Below are positions 49,787 through 60,832 of a stretch of 64,000 bases of DNA, piece after piece. The translations under genes and the position numbers were made by a program. The notes under the pieces are model-generated. The model had not been told where the DNA came from. It saw only the letters and a program-made list of their open reading frames with translations, and ran no database searches. The stretch is from Giardia intestinalis (Eukaryota): NCBI GenBank assembly GCA_000002435.2, contig CM018793.1; one strand, written 5' to 3'. Numbering within the stretch: position 1 is the stretch's first letter; each line of letters begins with the position of its first letter.

Positions 49787-51532
49787 CTACGCCTTCCCCC
49801 TGCACACGAACCACCAGCAGAGGAAGCCGACGAGGCCCCCCACAACAACGACCACAGCGACGGAGATCCCCGCGATGGCCCCCGTGGAGAGCCCGCCCCT
49901 GTTGGCGCCAGAGGACACACACTTACCATTGTCTAGACTGAAGCCACTGTTGCACTCCCCACACACATCATCCACCACACAGCTCTTACAATCACCCACA
50001 GAGCATGTCACACACCCAGTGCCGTCCTTGTTGGGCTTCTTATCACTGTCACAGGAGGTGCATATAGCAGCAGTCATGCCAGCCTCAGTCAGAGCTGTTG
50101 GGGCTGTACACTGTGAACAGCCATCCACCCCCACGTATGCCTTCTGACCAGCCAGCTCGACCCCAAGGGGGTTCCCACAGGAGAGGACAGACTGCTTGTC
50201 CTTGGTGGGCGAGGGAGGGATGAAGTACCCGGCTGCCGCCTCTGTGCAGACACCCTCGCCTGCCTTTGTGCACATGTGACTACCGGGGGCATTGGTGGTA
50301 CTATAGCAACCACCCATGTATAGGAAGTACCCTTGAGCACAATAGCTGCAAATGTGATCAGTACACCCAGCATTTGTTCCTTTGCTATCAGTGCATATAC
50401 CATCAATAGGGAACTTACCACTATCCCCACAGTAGGAACAATAATGCTTTGTGTTGCCCTTATCATCTATTACTATAGCATCACAGGCGCCAGAAGTACC
50501 CCCACAAGCCGTTGTATCCTCGCAGGTCTTCACACACGTTGTTCCCTGTAACTTGTAGCCGATCTTGCAGCGGTTGCAGCTGGCCGGGCCCGGGGCGGCT
50601 GGGGCTGTGCAAGAGAGGCATCCTGCAAGCCCGCTGTAGCCACTATCATTACCATTCTCGCACGAGATGCACTTTCCTTCGCCGGTGCCGGCCAGGAAGA
50701 ACCCCTCCTTGCACGTTTTACATTTAGTCTCATCTGTTTTAGCTGAACATGTGACACAGTTGGCCCCACAAGCCTCACAAGTGTTTGATGACTGTTCAAA
50801 GAAGTATCCATCGAGGCAAGCTGTGCAAGTTGGAGGGGAGCCATCTGCACTCTTAGTGCATGTCTTACACCCTTCTTTGCCTTTATTGTTATTATCCACG
50901 TCTTTAGTATCTCCGCATAATAAGCACGCCGATTGGTCCTCCTTCATGAACAGCTCGTTATCAGCTCCTTGACACCCAGCATAAGAATTTTCCACACAGG
51001 TCGAGGTTCCGTCGAGGGTTGTCCTGGGAATCTTATTTGAATTACAAGTCAGACACTTGCCCTTTGCCGTTGCACTATCAAATGAGCATGTTGCACAGTT
51101 GGCATCGAGGACAGTACAGGCAACGCAGGTCATGCTAGTGTCATCGGGGTAGTGATCGTTGTTACACGTACCTTTGTCTACACACTGGTTCTCTTTCAGG
51201 TACTTCCCTGTCTCGCACGATGTGCACTGATTTTGATTGGCTCCACTGCATGTAGCACAGTCGCTGTGGCATGCAGCACACTCTGTATCACTCTTCTTAT
51301 ACGTTCCAGCCATGCACTCGGTGCACGTGGCCGCTCCTGTATTGCCACCAGGTGCCGTGCACTTGAGACAGTTGGCCACCCCCTTGTTCTCATTCGCTCC
51401 TGTAGCATCGGAGCACAGGATGCACTCCCCACCAGGAGTCACCCTCTCTGCCTTGTTCTGGAATATGTACTGACTATTTGTATTACACTCAGTGCACACT
51501 CCACTACTGGCTGCTGTGCATATCACACTCCA
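49787..51532 (-). pseudogene. vsp: VSP paralogue (unit B), CRGKA tail present, no initiator ATG or signal peptide
   Basis: Open from after the TAG (51535-51533): WSVICTAASSGVCTECNTNSQYIF...VANCLKCTAPGGNTGAATCTEC... to ...GLVGFLCWWFVCRGKA-stop. The ORF track 'M' at 51526 is GTG. The 3' roughly 500 bp (49787-50290) is nearly identical to unit C (51597-52100). Confidence 0.6.
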
Positions 51533-51596
51533 CTATCACCCTCTATCACCTTCTATCACCCTATCACACATTGTACAGCATTCACTACCTAAGTAC

Positions 51597-53330
51597 CTAC
51601 GCCTTCCCCCTGCACACGAACCACCAGCAGAGGAAGCCGACGAGGCCCCCCACAACAACGACCACAGCGACGGAGATCCCCGCGACGGCCCCCGTGGAGA
51701 GCCCGCTCCTGTTGGTGCCAGAGGACACACACTTACCATTGTCTAGACTGAAGCCACTGTTGCACTCCCCACACACATCATCCACCACACAGCTCTTACA
51801 ATCACCCACAGAGCATGTCACACACCCAGTGCCGTCCTTGTTGGGCTTCTTATCACTGTCACAGGAGGTGCATATAGCAGCAGTCATGCCAGCCTCAGTC
51901 AGAGCTGTTGGGGCTGTACACTGTGAACAGCCATCCACCCCCACGTATGCCTTCTGACCAGCCAGCTCGACCCCAAGGGGGTTCCCACAGGAGAGGACAG
52001 ACTGCTTGTCCTTGGTGGGCGAGGGAGGGATGAAGTACCCGGCTGCCGCCTCTGTGCAGACACCCTCGCCTGCCTTTGTGCACATGGACTTACCCGGCTG
52101 AGCTGATATACTATAGCAACCACCCATGTACATAAAGTACCCCGTAGTACAAGACTCACAGACATGGTTGTCACAAGTATTGCCTTGCTTATCAGTAGCA
52201 CATAGTCCATCTATAGGATACTTATCATTATCTCCACAATAAGAACAGTAGTGAAGCTCCTTCCCTGTACTATCTATTATCATGGCATCACAGGCGCCAG
52301 AGGTACCACCACAAGCAGTGTCATCCTCACAGGTCTTCACACATGTATAGTCATTCCCTGCATCTCCATTGGGCTGCTTCCTATAGTTTGGCTTACAGTC
52401 AGTGCACTTGAATGTGCCACTGTTAGAGCATGCACTGCACCCTTCGCGACCCTTATTGTCCACACTGTCGCATGAGACACACTCACCAGGTGCTTGGCCT
52501 CCTTTCAGGAAGTATCCCGGCTTGCAGGTTTGGCACTGGTTAGCATTAGCGCTGTTGCAGGTGGCACAGTTGGTCCCACAGGGCTTGCAGGTGGTATCAA
52601 AGTAGAATCCAGGGAGGCATGCTGAGCAGATTGGAGGCTGTGCCAGGTCGGTTTTCTTACACCCACTGCACTCAGCAATTCCCTCGTCAGGGGCGGTTCC
52701 TCCGGTAGCGCTGCATAGTATGCAACTGTTCTCATCCTGGCTTAGGAAGTGTGTTCCCACTGTGTTTAGCGCTGCACATCCCGCCTTATCCACGCACTCT
52801 GTTGATCCATCGACATACCCTTTAAGGAGAGGCTTGGCTCCCCCACAGGTGCTGCACACCGGCTTCTGTAACTGATCGTTGTATGCACATGCGGTGCACC
52901 CAGTTATCTCACTGCACGCCTTGCACTCCCCGGACTGTTTGTCTGCGTACTTACCAGCACCACATTGACCAGCCTCTACGCAAGTGTTAGTATCAGTCTT
53001 CAGGAACTTCCCGGCCTTACAAGAGGTGCACGCATTCGGACCGGCTCCACTACACGTCTCGCAGTCGGTATGACATTTGGTACATGCGCCACCATCGTTG
53101 TAGTACCCATCTTGACACTCTGTGCACGTGGCTGCCCCCTTATTATTAGTTGGTGCTGTACATGTAGCGCAGCCCTCGACTCCCATATATCCATCTGCTC
53201 CCGTGGCATCATGACAGAGTATGCACTCGCTACCCTTCTCTGATGGTGCAGCCGGGTTCTTGAACAGGCCGTTATCTGCCTTACAAGTAGTGCATACTCC
53301 ATTACTGGCTGCTGTGCAGATATCACTCCA
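51597..53330 (-). pseudogene. vsp: VSP paralogue (unit C), CRGKA tail present; an internal ATG at 53186 would give a product without signal peptide
   Basis: Open from after the TAG (53333-53331): WSDICTAASNGVCTTCKADNGLFKNPAAPSEKGSECILCHDATGADGYMGVEGCATCTAP... The junction with unit D (53210-53500) is identical to the A/B junction (49590-49880). Confidence 0.6.
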
Positions 53331-53406
53331 CTATCACCCTCTATCACACACTATCACCCATTATCACCCTCTATCACCCACTGTACAGCATTCACTACCT
53401 AAGTAC

Positions 53407-54744
53407 CTACGCCTTCCCCCTGCACACGAACCACCAGCAGAGGAAGCCGACGAGGCCCCCCACGACGACGACCACAGCGACGGAGATCCCCGCTATGGCC
53501 CCCGTGGAGAGCCCGCTCTTGTTGACGCTTCCACCAGTGCCTACTTCTGATTCTAAACATATGACTGAACTGCCAGATGATGACACACATTGCTTGCATC
53601 CAGAGATCTTCTCTGAGCACTTCTTGCATAACCCAGCAGTGGTATCGTCACCGTTTTCCTTGTAATACCCAGTGGCACAGGTCTTGCACTTATTAGGGTC
53701 ACCTGCAGTCGAGCACGTAGCACAAGTAGAATGGCACTCCCCACAGGCCCCACCTTGTGCCTGTAGTCCGTTGGCACACGTCTGACATGTTCCTCCCTGT
53801 GCACTACTACAGACCTGCTTACCAGGCTGTCTATCTGTCTGATAGCAGCCGCCGTCCTTGAGGAAGTAACCCTCATTGCATTTTGTACAGGCCCCACTTG
53901 TGATTGTTGCACAGAAGGCTACTCGTGAACTGGCCGCACAGTTGCCGTTCAAGGGGGCTTGTTGAGTGTTCTTGCACTTTGAGCAATATGCAGTTCCTCC
54001 TATCTGAGCCCCACACTCTGCGCATCCATCGTTTGTAGAACTCACGCTGCACTGGTCCATGCACGTGCCCCCATTGACAGGAGTATTAGTATCTGTATAC
54101 TGAAGCATTTTCCCAACAGGACAGGCCGTGCACTGATTGTTGGCCGGTCCAACGCACTCAGCGCACTCAGGGTTGCATGCCTTACACTTCTTGTCACTAT
54201 CTCCGTAGTATCCGCTGATGGCTGTGCAGTCAGGTACGCACTGGTTTGTAGGGGTGAGGTAGTCGCCATCATTACATTTAGTGCAGACCTCGTTGTCGGT
54301 CTTCGGGTTATCGCAGGCCTTGCAGTTGGGCGTGTTGCACGCCTTCTCGACGCACTGGCCCCCGTTCAGGACGTAGGCGGGGTCGCACGCCGTGCAGACC
54401 TCGTTGTCGGTCTTCGGGTTATCGCAGGCCTTGCAGTTGGGCGTGTTGCACGCCTTCTCGACGCACTGGCCCCCGTTCAGGACGTAGGCGGGGTCGCACG
54501 CCGTGCAGACCTCGTTGTCGGTCTTCGGGTTATCGCAGGCCTTGCAGTTGGGCGTGTTGCACGCCTTCTCGACGCACTGGCCCCCGTTCAGGACGTAGGC
54601 GGGGTCGCAGTCAGTGCAGGCCTCGTTCTCGGCCTTCGGGTTTGTGCAGTCCCTGCAGTTGGGCGTGTTGCAGTTTGCACTAGAGCCCTTCTCGTTGTGC
54701 TTTGCCAGCACGGTTGCACAAACTAGGAGAAATCCTATCAACAT
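53407..54744 (-). CDS. vsp: Complete variant-specific surface protein (unit D, 5'-most of the array) with signal peptide and three 37-aa repeats
   Basis: The ORF track start at 54765 is GTG. The ATG at 54744 gives MLIGFLLVCATVLA (signal peptide). The protein is Cys-rich with CxxC motifs and ends GAIAGISVAVVVVVGGLVGFLCWWFVCRGKA-stop. An AGTGAAT signal follows the stop. Confidence 0.85.
   Translation of the reverse strand: MLIGFLLVCATVLAKHNEKGSSANCNTPNCRDCTNPKAENEACTDCDPAYVLNGGQCVEKACNTPNCKACDNPKTDNEVCTACDPAYVLNGGQCVEKACNTPNCKACDNPKTDNEVCTACDPAYVLNGGQCVEKACNTPNCKACDNPKTDNEVCTKCNDGDYLTPTNQCVPDCTAISGYYGDSDKKCKACNPECAECVGPANNQCTACPVGKMLQYTDTNTPVNGGTCMDQCSVSSTNDGCAECGAQIGGTAYCSKCKNTQQAPLNGNCAASSRVAFCATITSGACTKCNEGYFLKDGGCYQTDRQPGKQVCSSAQGGTCQTCANGLQAQGGACGECHSTCATCSTAGDPNKCKTCATGYYKENGDDTTAGLCKKCSEKISGCKQCVSSSGSSVICLESEVGTGGSVNKSGLSTGAIAGISVAVVVVVGGLVGFLCWWFVCRGKA
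54281..54650. repeat. 111-bp tandem repeat, 3 copies plus a degenerate 4th, in-frame inside VSP unit D (37-aa unit KACNTPNCKACDNPKTDNEVCTACDPAYVLNGGQCVE)
   Basis: gtgcagacctcgttgtcggtcttcgggttatcgcaggccttgcagttgggcgtgttgcacgcc... recurs at 54281, 54392 and 54503 with 111-nt spacing. Confidence 0.85.
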
Positions 54745-55415
54745 TAGCCGGAGTACACGTGCCACTGCTCTTCCGCTAGGCTGATGTGTTGCCGCGAGCA
54801 GTGAGAGACAGTCACTCTTGCTCTCTTGATCAGTTGTACTGGAGAAGGACGAGATAGGAGCACGCCAACCGGAGGCCAGCTGACAGTGCAGTTATTCCTG
54901 ACTTCAGTAGAAACAGGACCAGTGAGGGCCAGACTCAGACCGCACCTCTCTTGTGGAATGATTGCTCGGGGTGCACTCCTGTACATTGCTGTCACTGTAT
55001 CACTGACCCCGCCTGCAGGTGCGCTCAGAGGTCTCATGGGTAAGCCGCGCCCACTTCTCGACCGTCCGGAGACGATGGCTGGTTGTGGATAACATACTAA
55101 GAGCTCCTCTCCATCGATGCATCCAGAGCTCAGTGTGGTCCCTGATCGGCATACTCTGTCTGGGGCACTCCGCGTCGGCCTCCAGGATCCGGCCTGCTCA
55201 GGGCCATATGAGCCGCTAGTATGCCCTCCTTGGCCTGCCATCGACAGCTCGCACTGGCCGCCTTGCTCGGGTAGTAGCCAAGGCCACTCCAAAGGATGGC
55301 TCCGGATTGCAGTTAAGATTAGCGATGGCTGTTGGCTCCACCCCCTGTCCCAGCTGCCGCAGAGGGAGCCCTAGGAGTTGCTAGTAACAGTGCAGTTAGC
55401 GGCTCTGCAGGGTCG

Positions 55416-57294
55416 ATGGGCGTTTGGGGAGCGTGCTCAGCAGGGGCCTTCAGCGTTATCTACTCTCTCAGGGGATGCCCCTACCTTGCTGTGAAAGAGA
55501 TCCGGCTCGATGGTCTGGGTCAGCACGGTGTGGATGCTAAAGCGTGGGCTGACCGCTCTTCTTAACCTCTCCCACCCAGACGTTCTCAAATACCACCAGG
55601 TACTTACAGACGGCAACACGATCCTTGTTGTCACAGACCGCTGCTGTGGAGACCTCCGGCAGTTCATCACCGACTACAGGGACATTCACGAACCTATTCC
55701 CAGCAAGCTGGTGCTCTCTCTTCTGGAGCAATTGGCTGGCGCCCTTGCCCACCTCCACGGGCTCAGCAGAAGTGCCCACAGCGGCCTGCCCTCTAGCGTT
55801 GTCCTCGAGCCCGACAACGTCATGTTCGCTGGGGACGGGCGGCGTGTTGTTCTTGCAGACTTCGGGTTCTGCAAGGGCATATCGAGTGGAGCTGCGAAGG
55901 CCGGCGACCCCGCGTACATGGCCCCCGAGACGCTCCTCCGCGGTATCATAACTCCCGCGTCCAACATCTGGAGCCTCGGGGCCGTCGCATACGAGCTCGC
56001 CACCCTGAGGAAGCCGGACTTCCTGGGGGACAGGGATCCTGCAGAGGTCTTCGTCGACGGATGGAGGCCGGACCTGAGCGGTGTCGCAGACGACCTCGCA
56101 AGGAGCGTCCTTGAGAGGATGCTCGTCCTCGATCTCGCCGAGAGGCCGACTGCCAGGGGGCTCGCCCGTCTACTTCGGAGGCTTGACATCTCTGCTGATG
56201 AACAGGAGGCCCAAGACACAAGGCTAAAGGAGGTGCGTGAAGCCTTTGTAGAAGCCTTGAATAGGGCCAACAACGAAACAGTAGTTCTTAGGAAGGACCC
56301 TCCTGATCGAGCTGCAAGAATGGACATCATCAGGGAGCAGTGTGCTGCTGCCGTCAAGTTATTCAGAGAAATACAGGAGATTAAGGCAGAGATGGGCGAA
56401 ACCAAAGAGTCAGAGGAGTCAGAAGAGCCAGAGAAGCACCTAATAGAGGAGGACGACTCCACCGACCTCATGAGGGCAGTCGATAGAAACGACGTGGAGG
56501 CCGTGAAGGCTCTCATACCGCTCCAGGGGGGCATGAAGATGAAGGGATGCGCACTTGTAGGTGACTGGAAGATATACGAGGGAACTGCTCTGATAAGGGC
56601 GGCGGTATATGGATACACAGAGATCGTGGAGCTGCTCGCGGAGAAAGAGAAAGGACTGAAAGATAGCAACGGATGGACCGCCCTCATGTATACTGCAAGG
56701 ACTGGCCACGCAGACTGTCTTAAGCTCCTGCTAGAGAAGGAAAGCGGCCTGAAGAGCGACAAGGGGCGGACGGCTCTCATGTCTGCAGCAAGTGCTGGCC
56801 ATTTAGAGTGTATCAAATTGCTTTTGAAGAACGAGGTTGGCATGCAGGATAACGATGGGGAAACCGCCCTTATGGCTGCAGCAGGGAACGGCCATAGAGA
56901 TTGCGTCGAGTTGCTCCTGGAACGGGAAGGCGGTATACAGGATAACAGCAAATGGACTGCTCTTATGATTGCTGCAGAACGTGGCGAAGCTGGCTGTGTT
57001 GAGCTACTCGTAGAAAAGGAGAGTTGTGCGCAATCGAGGGATGGATGGACAGCTCTCATGTGGGCTGCAAAGAATGGCCACGCAAGCTGTGTCAGATTAC
57101 TTGTGGAAAAAGAGGGCGGTATGCAAAATAACGATGGATGGCCCGCTCTCACAGTCGCTGCGCAGAGCGGCTACATAGAGTGTGCGAGGCTCCTTGTGAG
57201 GGAGAAGAATATTAGAGATAATATGGACGAAACTGCCCTTGACATGGCTAAGCTATGGAGACGCCATGAGATAGTCGCCCTCCTCTCAGAGTAA
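55416..57294 (+). pseudogene. NEK-family kinase-like gene with C-terminal ankyrin repeats; N-lobe and remainder are in different frames (apparent 1-nt frameshift near 55535-55560); catalytic HRD motif also degenerate (pseudokinase)
   Basis: Frame 0 (ATG 55416 to stop 55565) encodes MGVWGACSAGAFSVIY...LAVKEIRLDGL, the Gly-loop and VAIK-Lys region. Frame +1 (from about 55510) continues ...LNLSHPDVLKYHQV...ADFGFCK...YMAPE... through to ANK repeats (GWTALMYTARTGHADCLKLLL and others) and a stop at 57292-57294. The HRD position reads SVVLEPDN. So this is either a sequencing indel or a genuinely disrupted or pseudokinase gene. Confidence 0.5.
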
Positions 57295-57424
57295 ACGCCT
57301 TAAAGCCAATGGATTGAAGCGCCAGTGCCACATGTTACTGACCACTAGGAGACAGGAGAGGAGCTCCAGGGGCTCGGTGAGGAGCAAGGGCAGCGCATCC
57401 TCAGAGGAGCAGGCACGTGGAACG

Positions 57425-58688
57425 AGCCCATCTCCACGACTCGTCTGCTTCTGATGGGATCTATTAGCACGTGGAGGCAGCCCGGACAGTCTTATTTTTG
57501 CTTCGATGCACTGGGAAAGATCGGAGTTTAATGGCAGTTGAGGCAAGTGAAGGCAGGTCTTTCGCTTCTAGGCAGAGTCCAGAGTCCGAGGTCGGATGCC
57601 CTCGATTCCGGCGGAAGAACCCCTATGTCCCAGCTCTCCTAAAAGCTGCCGCTCCTCGCGGTGCCCCCTAGGACTTCCCTCCCTCTGGCCCGTCGGGGTC
57701 AACCATCGTCTGACATCTAGTGAGCACCCGTTATTCAGGGTCTTGCGTCTGTCGCGGCGATCTGGCCTCCACGTGGCCCGGGACCCTGGTGTTCCATGAC
57801 GAAGATCGCACGCCACGACCCCGGGTGTCTACCCCGTTTCTTGGGGTGCCTCTTCGTCTCCCCATGACGTGGACCATCGACCCTGCTGTCGGGGGTGCGC
57901 TCCCCGTGCGCCTCTATCTTGGGGTGTGGTACGCGTTCGTGGATGTCGATGGAGTACTCCCATGCGTTGTGTCGGAGAAGAGGCCCGGCCCTCTGCTCAT
58001 GGATCGCAGTGCGCTCTTGCAGGTGGTCCGTCACCCAGCACGAGACCGCGTCGACGCCCACCCTGTGCAGTGCATCTGGCTCAGTGACGTGTGGGCTCCA
58101 TCTGCACTGCACAACACACTTGGGGGTGATGCTTCGGTCTGTCGAGGCGTCGGTCCAGGGCCACCTCTCTGAGAGGCGTCGTCTGAGGCACCAAGAGCGA
58201 TTAGGACTGGCTCACCGAAGTCGGCTTGCTCGGCAGACGACACCTGTCTACTCGAGGGTGTCAGGCACTGCCAACTGCTGTGGCAGACACCCGGCAGGTG
58301 GCCCAGGCCAATACTCTCCGGTGCGGGCAGGATCAGTCCACCTCTGCCAGCCAAGCACCCCAACTCCTATTTCTTGTCGAGGGATTTACATGGGTCACGT
58401 GTGGGTCCATCTCGACCAGCGGGCAATGATCCTGGTGAGCGTCAGCTTAGCGTGTGAGAGGCTGATCCCACCACCAGCCTCGGACGCTCATCTGCATTCG
58501 TTACCACCCTGGAGGAGGAGGCACAATCCTCCCCGTCGGAGCTGGACGACATCTGACCTTCTGATTTCGGATTCTGGATCTCGGCCGGTGCATGGGGGGA
58601 GTGGCTTGTCCGGGGCGGCGGTGGCTCGCATGGAGGACCTGGTCAGGTGGCAGGGGACAACCCCGCCCCGGTGAAGCGGAGAGTAAAT
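57425..58688. repeat. Right arm of the 1264-bp perfect inverted repeat (partner 46503-47766)
   Basis: See the left arm. It is the reverse complement of 46503-47766, with identical six-frame translations throughout. Confidence 0.9.
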
Positions 58689-59093
58689 GAGTGATCAGAT
58701 GACGGCTCTGCCGCCGCGAGGCCAGCGTGCCATCCCCCGATGCACGGAGCATCTGCATCCTGGTTCGTGCCATGGACCGGCCTTTCATGCTTCTCACGTT
58801 CTGTTGCTTCCACGATGTGTCGACTAGCCTACGGGCTGGCCATGATCGTCGGGCAGCACCTTCTCAGGGGTGCCACGGCACAGGCGGCCGGGCGCGCTGC
58901 AGCACTCAATTGTTGCTTCCCTTATGTGTGGAGACATAGACCCTCGTCTTCGACTGTCGCAGCATGCATCCGAGCAGGATTGACATACTCGCCCCGTCCA
59001 CGCACCACAGCCCGGTGCGATAAGGGGCGCTCCATCTACTGGCCCGACCTCTGCCGTCCGCATGCGGCGAGAAACAGCTCGGCAAAATTAAAA

Positions 59094-59981
59094 ATGGCTG
59101 CGGCAAAGGCTACCGAGATCAAGGCGCTCATCGACGCCAAGGACATGGACGGGCTTGCGAGGAGCGTCGCCGACTTCGACGATAGGCAGCGCGCCGAGAT
59201 CTACGCCGCATTCAGGGCGGCCAACGGGAAGACGGCCTCCGAGTACCTCGACGCCTTGTTCAAGAACGGGGACTACAAGGACCTCATGATGATCGTCCTC
59301 GACGACGAGATCGACGTCCGCTGCAAGCTGATCAAGAAGGCCTTCAAGGGCGGGAACGACGAGAGGTGCCTCACGGACACGCTCTTGACGACGACCCCCG
59401 AGATCTACGCAAGGGTCAAGGGCAGGTACCACCAGCTCTTCGGGGACGACTTCGAGTCCACGCTCAGGAAGGAGATCGGCTCCAAGACCGTCTGGGCCCG
59501 CATGGTGAACTCCTGGCTTGCCTTCTGCAGGTCTGCCCGCAACAACGTCCAGGGCGACGCAGAGGCCCTGAAGACCGCGCTGATCGGCGTCAAGCACCCG
59601 GACACGGACACGGTCATCCGCCTCCTCGGCACGACCGTCCCCAGCGAGTGGAAGCAGATCTCCGAGGCGTTCGAGAACATCGCCAAGAAGACGATCGAGC
59701 AGGCCCTCATCGAGGCCTACAAGGGCGACGACGAGCTCGCGCTCTGCTGCTGCAACGCGACGCTCCACTGCCCCGCCCGAGGCGCCGCCTACCTCCTGAG
59801 CCTGGCCTGCCAGAAGAAGGGCGACACCGACCGCTGCTGCCGCATCACCGGGATGCTCTACGACCAGGCAGAGCAGTGCAAGGTCCTCTACGCCCACTAC
59901 GGCAACTTAGCCAAGGACATCCGAGCCACGATGTCCAAGAACCTCGCCGAGGCCTGCTGCGTCCTCTGGCACGTCATGTAA
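59094..59981 (+). CDS. Alpha-giardin (Giardia annexin homologue), four annexin-like repeats
   Basis: The ATG at 59094 has a typical A-rich leader (ggcaaaattaaaaATGg). MAAAKATEIKALIDAKDMDGLARSVADFDDRQRAEIYAAFRAANGKTASEYLDALFKNGDYKDLMMIVL matches the alpha-giardin/annexin repeat-1 pattern (Giardia alpha-1: ...DIANELKQAIDAKDEVQIAFIASEYSAESREKIAKAYVASYGKELPDDIKKALKGGSEESLLMDL). GC3 is high, typical of abundantly expressed Giardia genes. The in-frame upstream ATG at 58740 would add a 118-aa non-annexin extension and is probably not used. Confidence 0.75.
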   Translation: MAAAKATEIKALIDAKDMDGLARSVADFDDRQRAEIYAAFRAANGKTASEYLDALFKNGDYKDLMMIVLDDEIDVRCKLIKKAFKGGNDERCLTDTLLTTTPEIYARVKGRYHQLFGDDFESTLRKEIGSKTVWARMVNSWLAFCRSARNNVQGDAEALKTALIGVKHPDTDTVIRLLGTTVPSEWKQISEAFENIAKKTIEQALIEAYKGDDELALCCCNATLHCPARGAAYLLSLACQKKGDTDRCCRITGMLYDQAEQCKVLYAHYGNLAKDIRATMSKNLAEACCVLWHVM

Positions 59982-60832
59982 CCCTAGTGAATCTTCCTCT
60001 CATGCTCTGGACTCTGTCTGTTTGCTGGTGTGACATGTATACCAAGATACTTCTCTCTGCCAAAACTCTAACTAAGCAATGTGCTCTACAAACCAGCAGT
60101 CGCAGTTATTATGAGGACTGACCGCCAAGCATAGCCCGGTATTTTCCATTTGCCAAAAAGTGCCGATAGATACAATATGAACCTTAGAGATCTACTAGAG
60201 TATTTACAACACTGCATGGATAACAGTTATATGGATGTATTACGTTATCCAATCCACAATCTAAAATATTTCATATAAAACGTTCTCTATAATAAAATGT
60301 TGTGGACCGTACCTAGAAATAGACTCCGTATTGTTCAGCAAAGAACTGTGAACAAATGAGGACATGGAAAAGCTGCATCAGGCACAAGGATCGAGACTTT
60401 GCAGTGGCTCATTACACAGACAATTTCCCGACAAGATACTCAAAACTGTGACAGTAGTTATCTACATGCTATACCATCCTAGACTGTTTATTACGCTAAT
60501 ACTACTGACCGTGCCATACTTGGTTGAGTTGCGCACGCTAGAGTGAGCCCCGCAATCTTAGTCTTGCATACTTCTTCTTTGTTCATCCGCTTAGTATTTA
60601 GCCCCAAACTTATTCTCGAATGCTTAGCACCACGCCACTACTTATATTTCAATAAAGTAAGGGGGTAAATAAGAGCAAGACAGGGATGCACACTCACAAG
60701 AAGGAAAAGCACCATAACATCTTTTGCAATGCAAAGCCGTCATCTTTGAGGACTTCGTGGCAATACTTATTACACGGGTTTGACTAAGTATTTTACGAGC
60801 AGCAAAAGCAATTTATAATTAGAAGATAGGTT

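Noticed and set aside
58740-59093. 118-aa N-terminal extension of the alpha-giardin ORF from the in-frame ATG at 58740
   Set aside because: The extension has no annexin similarity and is GC-skewed. It starts inside and next to the IR arm. Alpha-giardins begin directly with annexin repeat 1. The ATG at 59094 has the typical A-rich Giardia leader.
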